From: an uncultured Lachnospiraceae bacterium
GTDB lineage: Bacteria > Bacillota > Clostridia > Lachnospirales > Lachnospiraceae
Direction of reading: 5' to 3'
Length of the DNA: 64,000 nucleotides
Assembly (NCBI GenBank): GCA_947363565.1
Contig: CANAPP010000012.1
Coordinates: 423-64,422 of the forward strand
A model generated the notes under the pieces. The model did no database searches. It had not been told where the DNA came from and saw only the letters and a program-made list of their open reading frames with translations. The position numbers were made by a program, and so were the translations under genes. Below are positions 28,739 through 38,464 of this stretch, piece by piece (position 1 is the first letter of the stretch; each line of letters opens with the position of its first letter).

Positions 28739-30724
28739 TTATTGCTGCTGAATATCCAGATAAAGCAGCGGGTCGATAGCTACTCCGTCCTTCTCTACCT
28801 GAAAATGAAGATGATTTCCCGTAGAATTCCCGGTAGTCCCGCTGAGGCCGATCTGCTGCCCTTTCTCAACCCGATCGCCCGGCTTCACATATACTTTATC
28901 ATGGTGCATATATTTTGTCACCATACCGTTGCCATGGTCGATAGTGACCATATTTCCCGCAGCGCCGCTCGGCCCCGCATAAGTCACCGTACCCGCCAAA
29001 GCCGCATAGGTCGGTATGTGATAAGCGCCTGTTCCCATGTCGATCCCCTTGTGGTATGTACTGGCTCCCGCCGTCGGCGCTGCCCTGTGCCCGAAGCTGC
29101 TGGTCAGCCTTGCACCCGGGCACGGATTGGCGAATGTCCCGATAAGGCCGCTGAACTCATCCAGTGTCATCGCATCCAGCCGGTAAAGGTCATATCGGTT
29201 CATCTGCTGGATCAGGTTCTCGCCGTAGCTTAAGCTCGTCGCCCACCTCTGTCCGATCCTCACCGCAAATGTATTCGCATCCTTTACCCCGAAGGTCAAA
29301 TCCTTATACACTCTCTCCAAAAGAGCGCTTCTGTCCTCAATACATTCCGTATATGTGTTGTACACGCGAAAACCTGCCGTAATGCTGTATCTTGAACCAT
29401 CCGCACGCTGCTCTCCCGTGTTCATGTCCACGCTTCCGGCTGTTCCTGAACCTTTGATCCCGAACAGGTTATTGTACTGATACGCCAGATAGGACAACCC
29501 CTGCCCTTTATCACCCTCTGGGCCGTATTTCCCGAAGCCGGACTCCTGGATGATCTGCGCGATCGTAACTGATGCCGGATATCCTGTCTCGTCCTGACAT
29601 TTCAGCGCCCCTACGACCATCTCCTGCGTGATGAATCCTGGAAGGCCGCTGACGGGCACTTCTACATTGTATTTTACCTTTTCTCTATTGTCGATAAACT
29701 CAGAGGACGGCGCGAAATTGCTGAACATACTGCCGCGCTTCGGCTTGTCTTTCGCAATACCGGTCTTTTTTTTCACCTGCGCCCCGTTATCGGCCTCGTA
29801 TCGGGTATCGCCGGCAACATCCTTTATGCCGCTGCCTTCCTCCGGCTTCTCATAAAGCCCTGCGTCAATCTCGTTCTGCGGAGGCTCTTCGCCCGGGTCT
29901 TCTATTCCGCCCGGAGTTCCTTCTATGTCCGTGGCATTATCATCCTTTGGAATCTCCTCTGTTCCCGTATCGGTTCCATCCTGCGGAGGTTCTTCGCCTG
30001 GAGCCTGTATGTCTCCGGGGTTTTCTTCTGTATCTGTAAGGTTACCGTCCTGCGGAGGTTCCTCTGTTCCGGTGTTATCTTCTTCTTTCGGAATCTCTCC
30101 GGACATTCCGCCGTCATCCTTCGGAGACTCTTCCCCGGCTGTACTTTCCTCTCCAGAGTTCCCATTATTCAATGCATTGTCATCCGCCGGAATTACCGGC
30201 TGATTATCCGCTCCGTCTGCCGGAGCCTGGCCCTGCTCCCCCGACGGCTGCTGCACGTTATCTTCCGCCGGTGTCTGTACCGGATTGCCAGGCGTCTGTA
30301 CCGGCTGATCTTCTGCCGGCTGCTGGATCACCTCACCGGCCGGCTGCTGTGCTGTTCCCTCTGCCGGCTGCTGGATCACTTCGCCGGTAGGCTGCTGGAT
30401 CACCTCACCGGTAGGCTGCTGCACCGGCTCTTCCACTGGTTGCACAGATTCCGCTGCCGGCTGCTGCACTGGCTCTTCTACCGGCTGCACCGGTTCAACC
30501 ACTGGCTGCTGTACAGCTTCCATTACCGGCTGCACCGGCTCAAAGCTTCCTTCTGTTCCCTGTAATTCGTCTGCTGTCGCCGCCTCCCCGGGCACTGTCT
30601 CCTCTGCAACCCCCAGATCCTCACCCTGCCCCGGTTCATCTTCAATACCGAATGTAGCCTGCATTTCTGCCGCAATCAGACATACACTAATTCCAAGAAC
30701 GACGAATACTTTTTGCAATTTCAT
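28739..30724 (-). CDS. secreted peptidoglycan hydrolase: Pro/Gln/Glu-rich linker + GH73 glucosaminidase + M23 peptidase
   Basis: Signal peptide; AQIIQESG, NNLFGIK, WATS (GH73); HKGID, HHD, HLHF (M23). Confidence 0.88.
   Translation of the reverse strand: MKLQKVFVVLGISVCLIAAEMQATFGIEDEPGQGEDLGVAEETVPGEAATADELQGTEGSFEPVQPVMEAVQQPVVEPVQPVEEPVQQPAAESVQPVEEPVQQPTGEVIQQPTGEVIQQPAEGTAQQPAGEVIQQPAEDQPVQTPGNPVQTPAEDNVQQPSGEQGQAPADGADNQPVIPADDNALNNGNSGEESTAGEESPKDDGGMSGEIPKEEDNTGTEEPPQDGNLTDTEENPGDIQAPGEEPPQDGTDTGTEEIPKDDNATDIEGTPGGIEDPGEEPPQNEIDAGLYEKPEEGSGIKDVAGDTRYEADNGAQVKKKTGIAKDKPKRGSMFSNFAPSSEFIDNREKVKYNVEVPVSGLPGFITQEMVVGALKCQDETGYPASVTIAQIIQESGFGKYGPEGDKGQGLSYLAYQYNNLFGIKGSGTAGSVDMNTGEQRADGSRYSITAGFRVYNTYTECIEDRSALLERVYKDLTFGVKDANTFAVRIGQRWATSLSYGENLIQQMNRYDLYRLDAMTLDEFSGLIGTFANPCPGARLTSSFGHRAAPTAGASTYHKGIDMGTGAYHIPTYAALAGTVTYAGPSGAAGNMVTIDHGNGMVTKYMHHDKVYVKPGDRVEKGQQIGLSGTTGNSTGNHLHFQVEKDGVAIDPLLYLDIQQQ
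29860..30560 (-). repeat. coding tandem repeats (QQPxxExx / EEPPQxG)
   Basis: Repeated ggctgctggatcacctcaccgg units and three EEPPQ blocks. Confidence 0.8.
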
Positions 30725-30743
30725 GTCTGTCCACATCCTTTCC

Positions 30744-31355
30744 CTAACGCTTGCGTCTGACCATCCTCTTCATGCTGTCCTGTACAAAATGTTCGACTTT
30801 TGAAAGCGGGATTCTCTCCTTATTCTCAAAAAACTGTTCGTACAGCCACTGCTGCTTTTCTACTTTATCCTTCAGCTTCGCGATTAATTCTTCTCTCTCC
30901 GCAAGAATCTTTTCTTTTTCCTCTAACTGCTCCTTCAGCTCCTGAAGCTGTTCTTCACTGCTCTGTAATTCTCTGTCCAGATTGAGGGTATCCTCCTGCA
31001 AAAGCCGGATCGTCTCCTTATTCTCCCTGAGGAGATTCTCCTGCTTTCTCGTAACCTCTCCTCTCGTGCGGATAGTATCCTTCTGGGCCTTGATCACATT
31101 CTCACTTGTATGAAGCTCACTTTTCTGTCGCTCGATCAGCGCCTCCTGCTCCTTGCTGCGCTCCCAGAGTGCCCGGTAATATGACTCCGCCTCCCCAAGC
31201 TTCTGCGTATATTTTTCATTCGCCTCACTGGCCAGCGCCAGATCCTTCTGAAGCTTTGCAATCATCGTCTGTAACTCCTCGATATAGGCTTCCGTACTCT
31301 TCTTATTATATCCGCCAAACAAACTGCTGTTGATCTTTTTCTCTGTTTCGCTCAT
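30744..31355 (-). CDS. coiled-coil protein with DivIVA-like N-terminus
   Basis: SLFGGYNKKSTEAYIEEL followed by long heptad-rich helix. Confidence 0.65.
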   Translation of the reverse strand: MSETEKKINSSLFGGYNKKSTEAYIEELQTMIAKLQKDLALASEANEKYTQKLGEAESYYRALWERSKEQEALIERQKSELHTSENVIKAQKDTIRTRGEVTRKQENLLRENKETIRLLQEDTLNLDRELQSSEEQLQELKEQLEEKEKILAEREELIAKLKDKVEKQQWLYEQFFENKERIPLSKVEHFVQDSMKRMVRRKR

Positions 31356-31400
31356 TTTCCTTCTCCTATACTTGTATAAACCTAATCGAAATACCGTATT

Positions 31401-31429
31401 ATTATACTCTATTTATCCTGTTCACGCAA
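31401..31429 (-). promoter_or_regulatory. sigma-A promoter of DivIVA-like operon
   Basis: TTGCGT-17-TATAAT. Confidence 0.65.
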
Positions 31430-31453
31430 TATTTCCCCACGACAATTTACAAT

Positions 31454-32209
31454 TTACAGCCCTTTACTTGAGAGGATTTTTTCAAATTTGCCCTTTGACA
31501 ATATTTCGTGCGTGACAAGTTCCCCATCGTAAAAAAGGGAGAATGTTGCAAACGGACAGGGCGCGTTCTTCGCCTCCTCCCCCGACCGGATATGCACTAC
31601 AGAAAGGCTGACTCCCCGCGCCTTTGCCACATCCTCAAGCAGCGGCACGTACTTGGCCGTAAACGGGCACTGATTCGTATAATACAGCACAAATCCCTCC
31701 GGCATATCCTCATGCTTATGGACGTTATCCCTGAAGCGAGGTTTTTCTGCATCTTCGTCAAATGGCAGGTACATCAGCTCAAAATAGGGATCGGCTGTAT
31801 CGGCCGTCCCAAAGCCTTTATACCGCATATATTTCGGGTCTGCCAGGAATCCCATTTTCTTTTTCGAGGACAGGATGACAAGCCCTTTTTTTCCCTTCGC
31901 TTTGCTGTCCCGGATACATTCGCCAAGCAGCAGGCTGGAGTAGCCATGCCCTTTGAACTGCCCGGACACCCACAGGCAGTCAATATACATATAGCCGTCC
32001 GCTTCGACCGGCGCCCACGCATACTCGGCCGGAATGTACTCGATAAAGCATTTCCCGCGGACGTCTCCTTTTAAAAATACCAGCCCCTCGTCTAACCGGT
32101 CTTTCAGCCAATCCTTTTTTGACACCACCTGAACATCCTTTTTGTTCGATATGGCGCAGCAGATATGTTCTTCTTCAATATTTTCATGTGTTATCCTTAC
32201 CAGTTCCAC
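31454..32209 (-). CDS. YoaP-family GNAT
   Basis: EHICCAIS, GKCFIEY, CLWVSG, QCPF, C-terminal YoaP domain. Confidence 0.88.
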   Translation of the reverse strand: MELVRITHENIEEEHICCAISNKKDVQVVSKKDWLKDRLDEGLVFLKGDVRGKCFIEYIPAEYAWAPVEADGYMYIDCLWVSGQFKGHGYSSLLLGECIRDSKAKGKKGLVILSSKKKMGFLADPKYMRYKGFGTADTADPYFELMYLPFDEDAEKPRFRDNVHKHEDMPEGFVLYYTNQCPFTAKYVPLLEDVAKARGVSLSVVHIRSGEEAKNAPCPFATFSLFYDGELVTHEILSKGKFEKILSSKGL

Positions 32210-32330
32210 TATCGCTTACCTCCCCTATTTTTTGTATCGCTGCTGTCCGTCCATGACCGGCAGTTATGCTCTATTATAACAAGGAACCCGCCGTACAGCG
32301 AGTTCCTTTTGCTTCAGATCTTTTATCCAT

Positions 32331-34643
32331 CTATCGGTTCTTTACCAGATTGCCGTCCTCGTCGCGGTAATACTTCGGCACAAAGCTGTCCTTTACCCGG
32401 ATGATGTAATGGACCTTAAACCGTTCGTCATAAGTGCCCTTATATTTTCTCACCCAGCTTTCAAATACTGCCTTGTTGGAATCGTCGCTCTTCACTGATC
32501 TGTCCTTGTGCCACTTCGCATCGTGCCCGCTGGCGAACACCGTCCCGTTGCCGCGGTAAATGTAGGTGTGGCCTATTCCGATGATCACATCGCCCACTTC
32601 AATCTTTCCGTCATCCATAAGAGACCCGAAGGATTTCTTTTTACCGTTAATGACCGTACAATATTTATCCAGCTTGGATTTCAGATTCTTTGAGCCAGAA
32701 TTGTAATTGCGGATATACCCGTTGCCGTCGCCGTAAAACTTCTCGCTGTTGCTGATAATGCCCATGTCCCGGTACGCCCAGTTGGCGATGGACGCGCAGT
32801 TTCCTCCGCGTATCTTGCCTGCAAGCATCTTCTCAAAAGTACCACTCTGGGCAACATATTTGCTGCTGTTGGAATATACCCATTTCTCCCCGTTCTCCAC
32901 GGCCTTCTCGAGCACGCTGTTGTAATAATTGCCGCAGGCCACTATAGCCTCCGGCCCGGTAAGCTGCCCACCGGTATTCTCAACTTTATCTGCCTTGTCC
33001 ACGGATTCTGTCCTGGTGTCTTCTGTCTTATTCTTTGTGCCTGAAGTTCCTTCCGTCTTCTTATCCGCAGAATCTTTCTTGCTCTCTGCCGTATTCGTTC
33101 CGCCTGAATTATCAGAAGAGGCTTCCTTTGAGGCTGTATATGACGGCGTAGTACTACCGTCCGCTAATGTCCGTGTATTCTGGCCGGCTGTCCCTTCTGC
33201 GCCGGAGATCTCTCCTGCCTGGCCGGCTGCCTGCGCGCTGACTTCCTTCGCCTGCTGATCCAGGTCCTTTTCCTCGATCGTTACCGGAATAGACATGGTC
33301 GACGGCCCGATATTACAGAAAACCATCGTCTTGCCTTCGCTGATCGGAGTAATATCCCCGGTCTGGCTCACCTGCGCAATAGAAGTGTCCGCAGACGCCC
33401 AGTTCACTTCCTGCCCTTCCGCTCCTGCGACTTTGATCGTCTTTGTCTTGGATTCTTCCTTCATCGTAACGGAAGAATTACTTAACTGTACGACAGACAC
33501 ATCGCAGGACAGGCTTTTATTATTCGCTGTCGCTGTAATCTTCGCTGTCCCTACGCCGACCCCCTGTAATACACCGCCGGCTACTTTTACTTTGGATTCA
33601 TCGCTGCTGCTCCACAGGACGCTGCTGTTGCCCGCATTGGATAGCTGAAGCTTGGAATTCATCCCTACTGCCGTATACGCGCGCTCGGGAAGCGACATCA
33701 CATGCACCTTTCCGGTAAGCTTCTGCCCTTCGATGGAACAGGTGACATCAGCTTCTCCCCCGTTCACCGCCCGGATATTCCCCGACTCGTCGACACGCAC
33801 CACATCCTTGTTGGCGCTTCTCCACTCGATGCCCTCGGTGTCAAATACTTCGCCGCCGGTAAGCAGGTCAGAATAGACATCACCGGCCTGCAGGAAAATC
33901 TCCGGCTCCTTCATCGCAACAACATTCACCGTCGTGGACAGCGACTGACCGTCCTCTGTCTGGCAGGACACTTCCGCCGTCCCTGCCCCGACGCCCGTCA
34001 CGGCGCCTGTCTCGTCAACCATTGCGACCAGGGGATCAGAGCTCATCCAGCCCTTTGCCTTCCCAATCAGGCTTTCATTGGTACTTAACTGCATCTTGTT
34101 CCCGGCAAACAGGTAGGGCTGATCGGCAGTGATACCTGCTACATAAACAGACTGGGACACCTGGCGCCCGTTATCATTGCAGACAATATCCGCAACTCCG
34201 TCCTTAAGCGCCACAAGCTCACCGTCTACCACATCAACAACTTCTTTGTCGCTGGAATAAAATTCCGCCTCCTCAGACGCGCCGCCTATCCCAAGCTCCA
34301 TCGTCTGCCCGGTGAGCATCGTAAGCTCACTTTCCTCAAATCCGAGAACATATACTTTACACTTCAATGTGCGGAAAGGCACCTTCACTTCCACCTCTGT
34401 CTCGCCCGGCTCGTAGGCCTCTATCCGCCCGCCCGGCCCGGCAGCGATCAGGTTGCCGTCTACAGTCTCGTATTTCGCCACCATCTGAAGCACAGGATTC
34501 GTCAATGCAATCTCTGCATCATCTCCTACCATCATCGACAATGACTCGTCTTTAAGTTCTCCAAAAAGGAATGCGGGAGTAATTGCAATAACCATCATGC
34601 AGACAATAACAACAATTAAAATCTTTGTCTTAATGTTCTTCAA
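32331..34643 (-). CDS. secreted Ig-like (BIG2) repeat protein with divergent NlpC/P60-like C-terminal domain
   Basis: Repeated W.SSD..va.Vd..G.vt....G.a.it motifs; NCASIANWAY and GHTYIY; TTG start after GGGGAG. Confidence 0.75.
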   Translation of the reverse strand: MKNIKTKILIVVIVCMMVIAITPAFLFGELKDESLSMMVGDDAEIALTNPVLQMVAKYETVDGNLIAAGPGGRIEAYEPGETEVEVKVPFRTLKCKVYVLGFEESELTMLTGQTMELGIGGASEEAEFYSSDKEVVDVVDGELVALKDGVADIVCNDNGRQVSQSVYVAGITADQPYLFAGNKMQLSTNESLIGKAKGWMSSDPLVAMVDETGAVTGVGAGTAEVSCQTEDGQSLSTTVNVVAMKEPEIFLQAGDVYSDLLTGGEVFDTEGIEWRSANKDVVRVDESGNIRAVNGGEADVTCSIEGQKLTGKVHVMSLPERAYTAVGMNSKLQLSNAGNSSVLWSSSDESKVKVAGGVLQGVGVGTAKITATANNKSLSCDVSVVQLSNSSVTMKEESKTKTIKVAGAEGQEVNWASADTSIAQVSQTGDITPISEGKTMVFCNIGPSTMSIPVTIEEKDLDQQAKEVSAQAAGQAGEISGAEGTAGQNTRTLADGSTTPSYTASKEASSDNSGGTNTAESKKDSADKKTEGTSGTKNKTEDTRTESVDKADKVENTGGQLTGPEAIVACGNYYNSVLEKAVENGEKWVYSNSSKYVAQSGTFEKMLAGKIRGGNCASIANWAYRDMGIISNSEKFYGDGNGYIRNYNSGSKNLKSKLDKYCTVINGKKKSFGSLMDDGKIEVGDVIIGIGHTYIYRGNGTVFASGHDAKWHKDRSVKSDDSNKAVFESWVRKYKGTYDERFKVHYIIRVKDSFVPKYYRDEDGNLVKNR

Positions 34644-34794
34644 ATCTTTCTCCCCTTTCAACTATATATCTCCACCTTGTAGATTAACATATGTCAGGGG
34701 ATATGTCGATAAAGAATTTTAAATTCGCAATATTTTACAAAAAACCAACAGTTTTCAGCAATTTCCGTGCAGCACAAGCCCGGCAGCGTATGCC

Positions 34795-34875
34795 TTAAGG
34801 ATGTTCCGCCGCATCCTCGATCATCGCCTTCGCACCCCTGTCCTTCACACTTCCTGCTGCCACTATTTGTCCATC
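34795..34875 (-). pseudogene. cysteine synthase (CysK-like) fragment
   Basis: AAGSVKDRGAKAMIEDAAE carries the PLP-lysine motif GSVKDR. Confidence 0.6.
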
Positions 34876-34972
34876 ATTTTAGTAGGTTTATAGGATTTTA
34901 ATTGAAAAAAAGGATTTCTGCGGATATAATTGTATATACGAAGTTAATCCCAAAAACACAGGAGCAGTACTG

Positions 34973-36388
34973 ATGAAGCGTTTTACCTTATTTCTTATGA
35001 TCCTATTGCTGTCAGCAGCCGGATATACCGTTTTTTGCGCCGCGGCAGACTCCAAACGTATATTGCCGGATACTATGGTAAATGATATTGATGTCAGCGG
35101 CATGACGCAGAAAGAGGCCGCCGAGGTATTAAAAAGCGATTCCGAAGCACGGCGCAGCGTCTCCGCATTCACCGTTGCCTTTGAAGGTAAGCATTACCAG
35201 ATAGATGTCAGCGACGCGCTCATCCTGGACTATGAAGGGGCGGCAAGAGAGGCTTACCGGGAAGGGCATTCCTCCTTCTTTAAGAGAGGGATTGCGCGGG
35301 CAAAGGCTTATTTTACCGGTAACCATATTGAGCACCCGCCCATCGCCGAGGATACGAAGGCTTATCATGAAGCCTTAAAAGCCTGCGGGCTTTCAGACGC
35401 CGCGACCGACGTTAAAGACACTTACCAGTTGGAAGAAGGAAAACTTATCCTCACCACCGGAGCCGCGAAAAAACCTGACGAAGAAAGGCTGAAGGAAAAG
35501 CTCATCCTGGCTCTCCAGACAAAGGATTTCCAGACAGTCATCCCCTGCCCCGCGGTTTCCAACGACCTTGAGAATCTTGAGCAGATATATAAGGAAGTCC
35601 ACACCGAGCCCCGAAACGCCACGCTGGACCGTAAGAATGATTATGCCATCAAAGAGGCAGTCACCGGAGTGGATTTTGACAAAGAGAACGCAAAAAAAAT
35701 CCTTCTTGAAACCAAGAAAGGCGACGTCTCCAAGATCGACCTGTTCTATACACAGCCGCAGATCAGTACCGAGGATCTTAAAGAGCACCTGTTCGCCGAC
35801 AGCTTAAGCTCCTACGCGACAAAAGTCACGGGCCGCCAGAACCGGCTGGTCAATGTAAGCCTTGCCGCCGAAAAATGTAACGGAACAATCCTTCTTAGCG
35901 GAGAGGAATTTTCTTTTAACAAAACGGTAGGCGCGCAGAATGCCCAAACCGGTTTTAAGAAAGCCGGAGCTACGTTGAACGGAAAACCAGTACAGGCATA
36001 TGGCGGCGGGATCTGCCAGGTCTCCTCGACCATCTTTGCCGCTGCTCTCTTTGCCAATCTTGAGATTGTGGAAAGATGGGAGCACGATTATGTCTCCAGC
36101 TATATCGCTGCCGGGATGGACGCTGCCGTGGCGTGGAACGAGCTGGACTTCAGGATCGCCAACAACACAAGCTACCCTGTCCGGATTGACGTCGATTACA
36201 GGGACGGTTACCTGACGGTCACTATCCGGGGGACAAAAACAGATGATGCATTTGTAAGGATCCAGACAGAGACGCTTGACACATCTTCCGCAGACTGGCT
36301 GGAGGTCGACACTTACCGGAATGTCTACACCGAAAACCGAAGCCAGCTTTTCACCGAAAAGATTGCCCACAGCGCATACAGGAGATAA
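34973..36388 (+). CDS. VanW family protein with PG-binding repeats
   Basis: NVSLAAEK, FSFNKTVG, GGGICQVSST, GMDAAV. Confidence 0.88.
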   Translation: MKRFTLFLMILLLSAAGYTVFCAAADSKRILPDTMVNDIDVSGMTQKEAAEVLKSDSEARRSVSAFTVAFEGKHYQIDVSDALILDYEGAAREAYREGHSSFFKRGIARAKAYFTGNHIEHPPIAEDTKAYHEALKACGLSDAATDVKDTYQLEEGKLILTTGAAKKPDEERLKEKLILALQTKDFQTVIPCPAVSNDLENLEQIYKEVHTEPRNATLDRKNDYAIKEAVTGVDFDKENAKKILLETKKGDVSKIDLFYTQPQISTEDLKEHLFADSLSSYATKVTGRQNRLVNVSLAAEKCNGTILLSGEEFSFNKTVGAQNAQTGFKKAGATLNGKPVQAYGGGICQVSSTIFAAALFANLEIVERWEHDYVSSYIAAGMDAAVAWNELDFRIANNTSYPVRIDVDYRDGYLTVTIRGTKTDDAFVRIQTETLDTSSADWLEVDTYRNVYTENRSQLFTEKIAHSAYRR

Positions 36389-36412
36389 TAGTAAAAAACC
36401 GGAGGGAACTTT

Positions 36413-36820
36413 ATGATTTCAACAAAAGCACGCTATGCACTCAGAGTAATGACCGATCTTGCCGGGCGAGGAGAGAACGGCTACGTTCCGCTAAAGGATA
36501 TCGCCATCCGCCAGGAAATTTCCGAAAAGTATCTGGAGATTATTTTAAAAAAACTGGTAAAGGGAAATATATTAAAAGGCGCCCGCGGCAAAGGCGGAGG
36601 CTATATGCTGACACGCCTGCCGAAGGACTATACCGTGGGGGAGATCATCGAACTGACGGAAGGTTCTCTCGCCCCGGTTGCCTGCCTGATGCCCGGCGCA
36701 GACGCCTGCCCCAGAAAGGATAAGTGCGCCACATTGCCACTGTGGGAAAAATATAATGCACTTATCCGCGATTTTTTCTATCAGATCACACTGGAAGACC
36801 TGATCAACAATAACTTTTAG
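36413..36820 (+). CDS. Rrf2 family regulator (CymR/IscR-like)
   Basis: MISTKARYALR, RGKGGGY, C-x6-C-x5-C. Confidence 0.92.
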   Translation: MISTKARYALRVMTDLAGRGENGYVPLKDIAIRQEISEKYLEIILKKLVKGNILKGARGKGGGYMLTRLPKDYTVGEIIELTEGSLAPVACLMPGADACPRKDKCATLPLWEKYNALIRDFFYQITLEDLINNNF

Positions 36821-36839
36821 GTATCCTACGCAAATTCTT

Positions 36840-37106
36840 TTATTTTTCTGCCAGAGATCCGTTCTTATCTATCCCGCGGTAAGCCCGGACCGGAATCAGG
36901 ACGCGAGCCAGAAAGACGAGCACCATGGCGGCGGCAGCATACGCCCACGGGATCCTGAAGGGCACCTGCATATTGTTCATGGACGCAAAGAACAGGCAAG
37001 TGACCGGCACGCCGAAGCAGCAACCCGCTCCCGGTAGAACGCCTCTGAAACGCAGAATATCTCTTTTTCCCCGAACTCTTAGATATAACCCTGAAAGGGA
37101 TTTCAT
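36840..37106 (-). pseudogene. probable C-terminal remnant of a permease
   Basis: Hydrophobic ...FRIPWAYAAAAMVLVFL... tail; no RBS or coherent N-terminus. Confidence 0.3.
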
Positions 37107-37144
37107 TTGCCGATGCTGGTCTTTTCTGCCATTTATAAAAAGAA

Positions 37145-38329
37145 TTAACGTGCATTTTTATAAATTTCTACTGCATCATCCAAATTTAATTTTTTCGCGG
37201 AACCTGTATGGTTTCCAGAAGCAATCATACACCGGTTTGCTATATCAAGAATCTGGTCATTGGATGGCCGGATACCAAGTTCACGCATATTCGTAGGCAT
37301 ACCGATATTACCATAAAACTGTTCCATTGCATAAATACCGGCCTCTGCAACTTCTTCATCAGTTCCTTCTAAAGTTATATCCATGACATTTCTTGCAAAA
37401 CGTACAAAACGGTGAAGGCAGTCCTTGTAAACATATCTTGCCCAGCTTGGCCATACTGCAGCAAGGCCGGCCCCATGTGTTACATCAAACATTCCTCCAA
37501 TTTCATGCTCAAGCTTATGGGTCATAAAATCACCGCCGTCATTTCCACACCCAGTCAGATCATTGTGCGCCAGACTTCCAGCCCACATGATTTCGGAACG
37601 CGCATCAAGATTGCCGGGGTTCTCATGCAAAACAACCGCGTTTTTCATCACCGTACGCAGCAAAGCTTCAGCAATCGCGTCTGTAATTTCCAAATTTCCA
37701 CCATTGGTAAAGTAACGTTCCATCGTATGCATCATGATATCAACACAGCCTGATTCCGTCTGGTAATCGGGAAGTGATTTTGTATATTCCGGATTCATAA
37801 TCGAAATCTTCGGCCGTGCAAGATTATCATCATAAGCACGCTTTTCACCGGTTTTTTCGTTAGTGATGACACATCCTTTAGAAGTCTCACTGCCGGCAGC
37901 GGCAATTGTCAGTATACTCGCTACCGGAAGACATTTTTCTGCAATTCTTACATGCTGGAATAATTCCCAGACATCATGTTCCGGTTCCGCCAATCCATAA
38001 GCGATAGCTTTCGCCGTATCAATAGCGCTTCCGCCCCCGATAGCTAACAGAAAATCAACATTTTCCGCTTTCCCAATCCGAATACCTTCATATACTTTGT
38101 CCAGCCTTGGGTTAGGAACAATACCTTCAAGCTCCGAAAAGGATATACCCTCTTCTTTTAAAGAGCATCTGACTTTATCCAAAAGCCCAGAATTCCGCGC
38201 ACTATTTCCCCCAAAAACAAGCAGTACACGAGATGCCCCCAGCCGCTTAAGTTGTTTTCCTGTTTCACGCTCGCTGTCCTTACCAAAGATCACTTCTGTT
38301 GGTGAATAATACTTAAAATTGTTTGCCAT
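37145..38329 (-). CDS. iron-containing alcohol/butanol dehydrogenase
   Basis: GIVPNP, GGGSAID, TIAAAGSE, HTMERY, HKLEHE, HGAGL. Confidence 0.92.
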   Translation of the reverse strand: MANNFKYYSPTEVIFGKDSERETGKQLKRLGASRVLLVFGGNSARNSGLLDKVRCSLKEEGISFSELEGIVPNPRLDKVYEGIRIGKAENVDFLLAIGGGSAIDTAKAIAYGLAEPEHDVWELFQHVRIAEKCLPVASILTIAAAGSETSKGCVITNEKTGEKRAYDDNLARPKISIMNPEYTKSLPDYQTESGCVDIMMHTMERYFTNGGNLEITDAIAEALLRTVMKNAVVLHENPGNLDARSEIMWAGSLAHNDLTGCGNDGGDFMTHKLEHEIGGMFDVTHGAGLAAVWPSWARYVYKDCLHRFVRFARNVMDITLEGTDEEVAEAGIYAMEQFYGNIGMPTNMRELGIRPSNDQILDIANRCMIASGNHTGSAKKLNLDDAVEIYKNAR

Positions 38330-38464
38330 TATTACCGTCCTCTCTTTTCATATAATATTTATTTCCGACAATACTATTATAATTTATGATTTTATATCAT
38401 AATATGATTTTATAGACTATATATAGAAATATACCGCCAATTATGATATGATAATTCTAATATT

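Noticed and set aside
29860-30560. Array or DGR-like repeats
   Set aside because: In-frame low-complexity linker repeats of the hydrolase; no RT and no spacer structure.
10196-36388. Glycopeptide resistance cluster (M15, VanZ, VanW)
   Set aside because: The genes are scattered, with no D-Ala-D-Lac/Ser ligase, VanH or VanX; these families are common in susceptible Clostridia.
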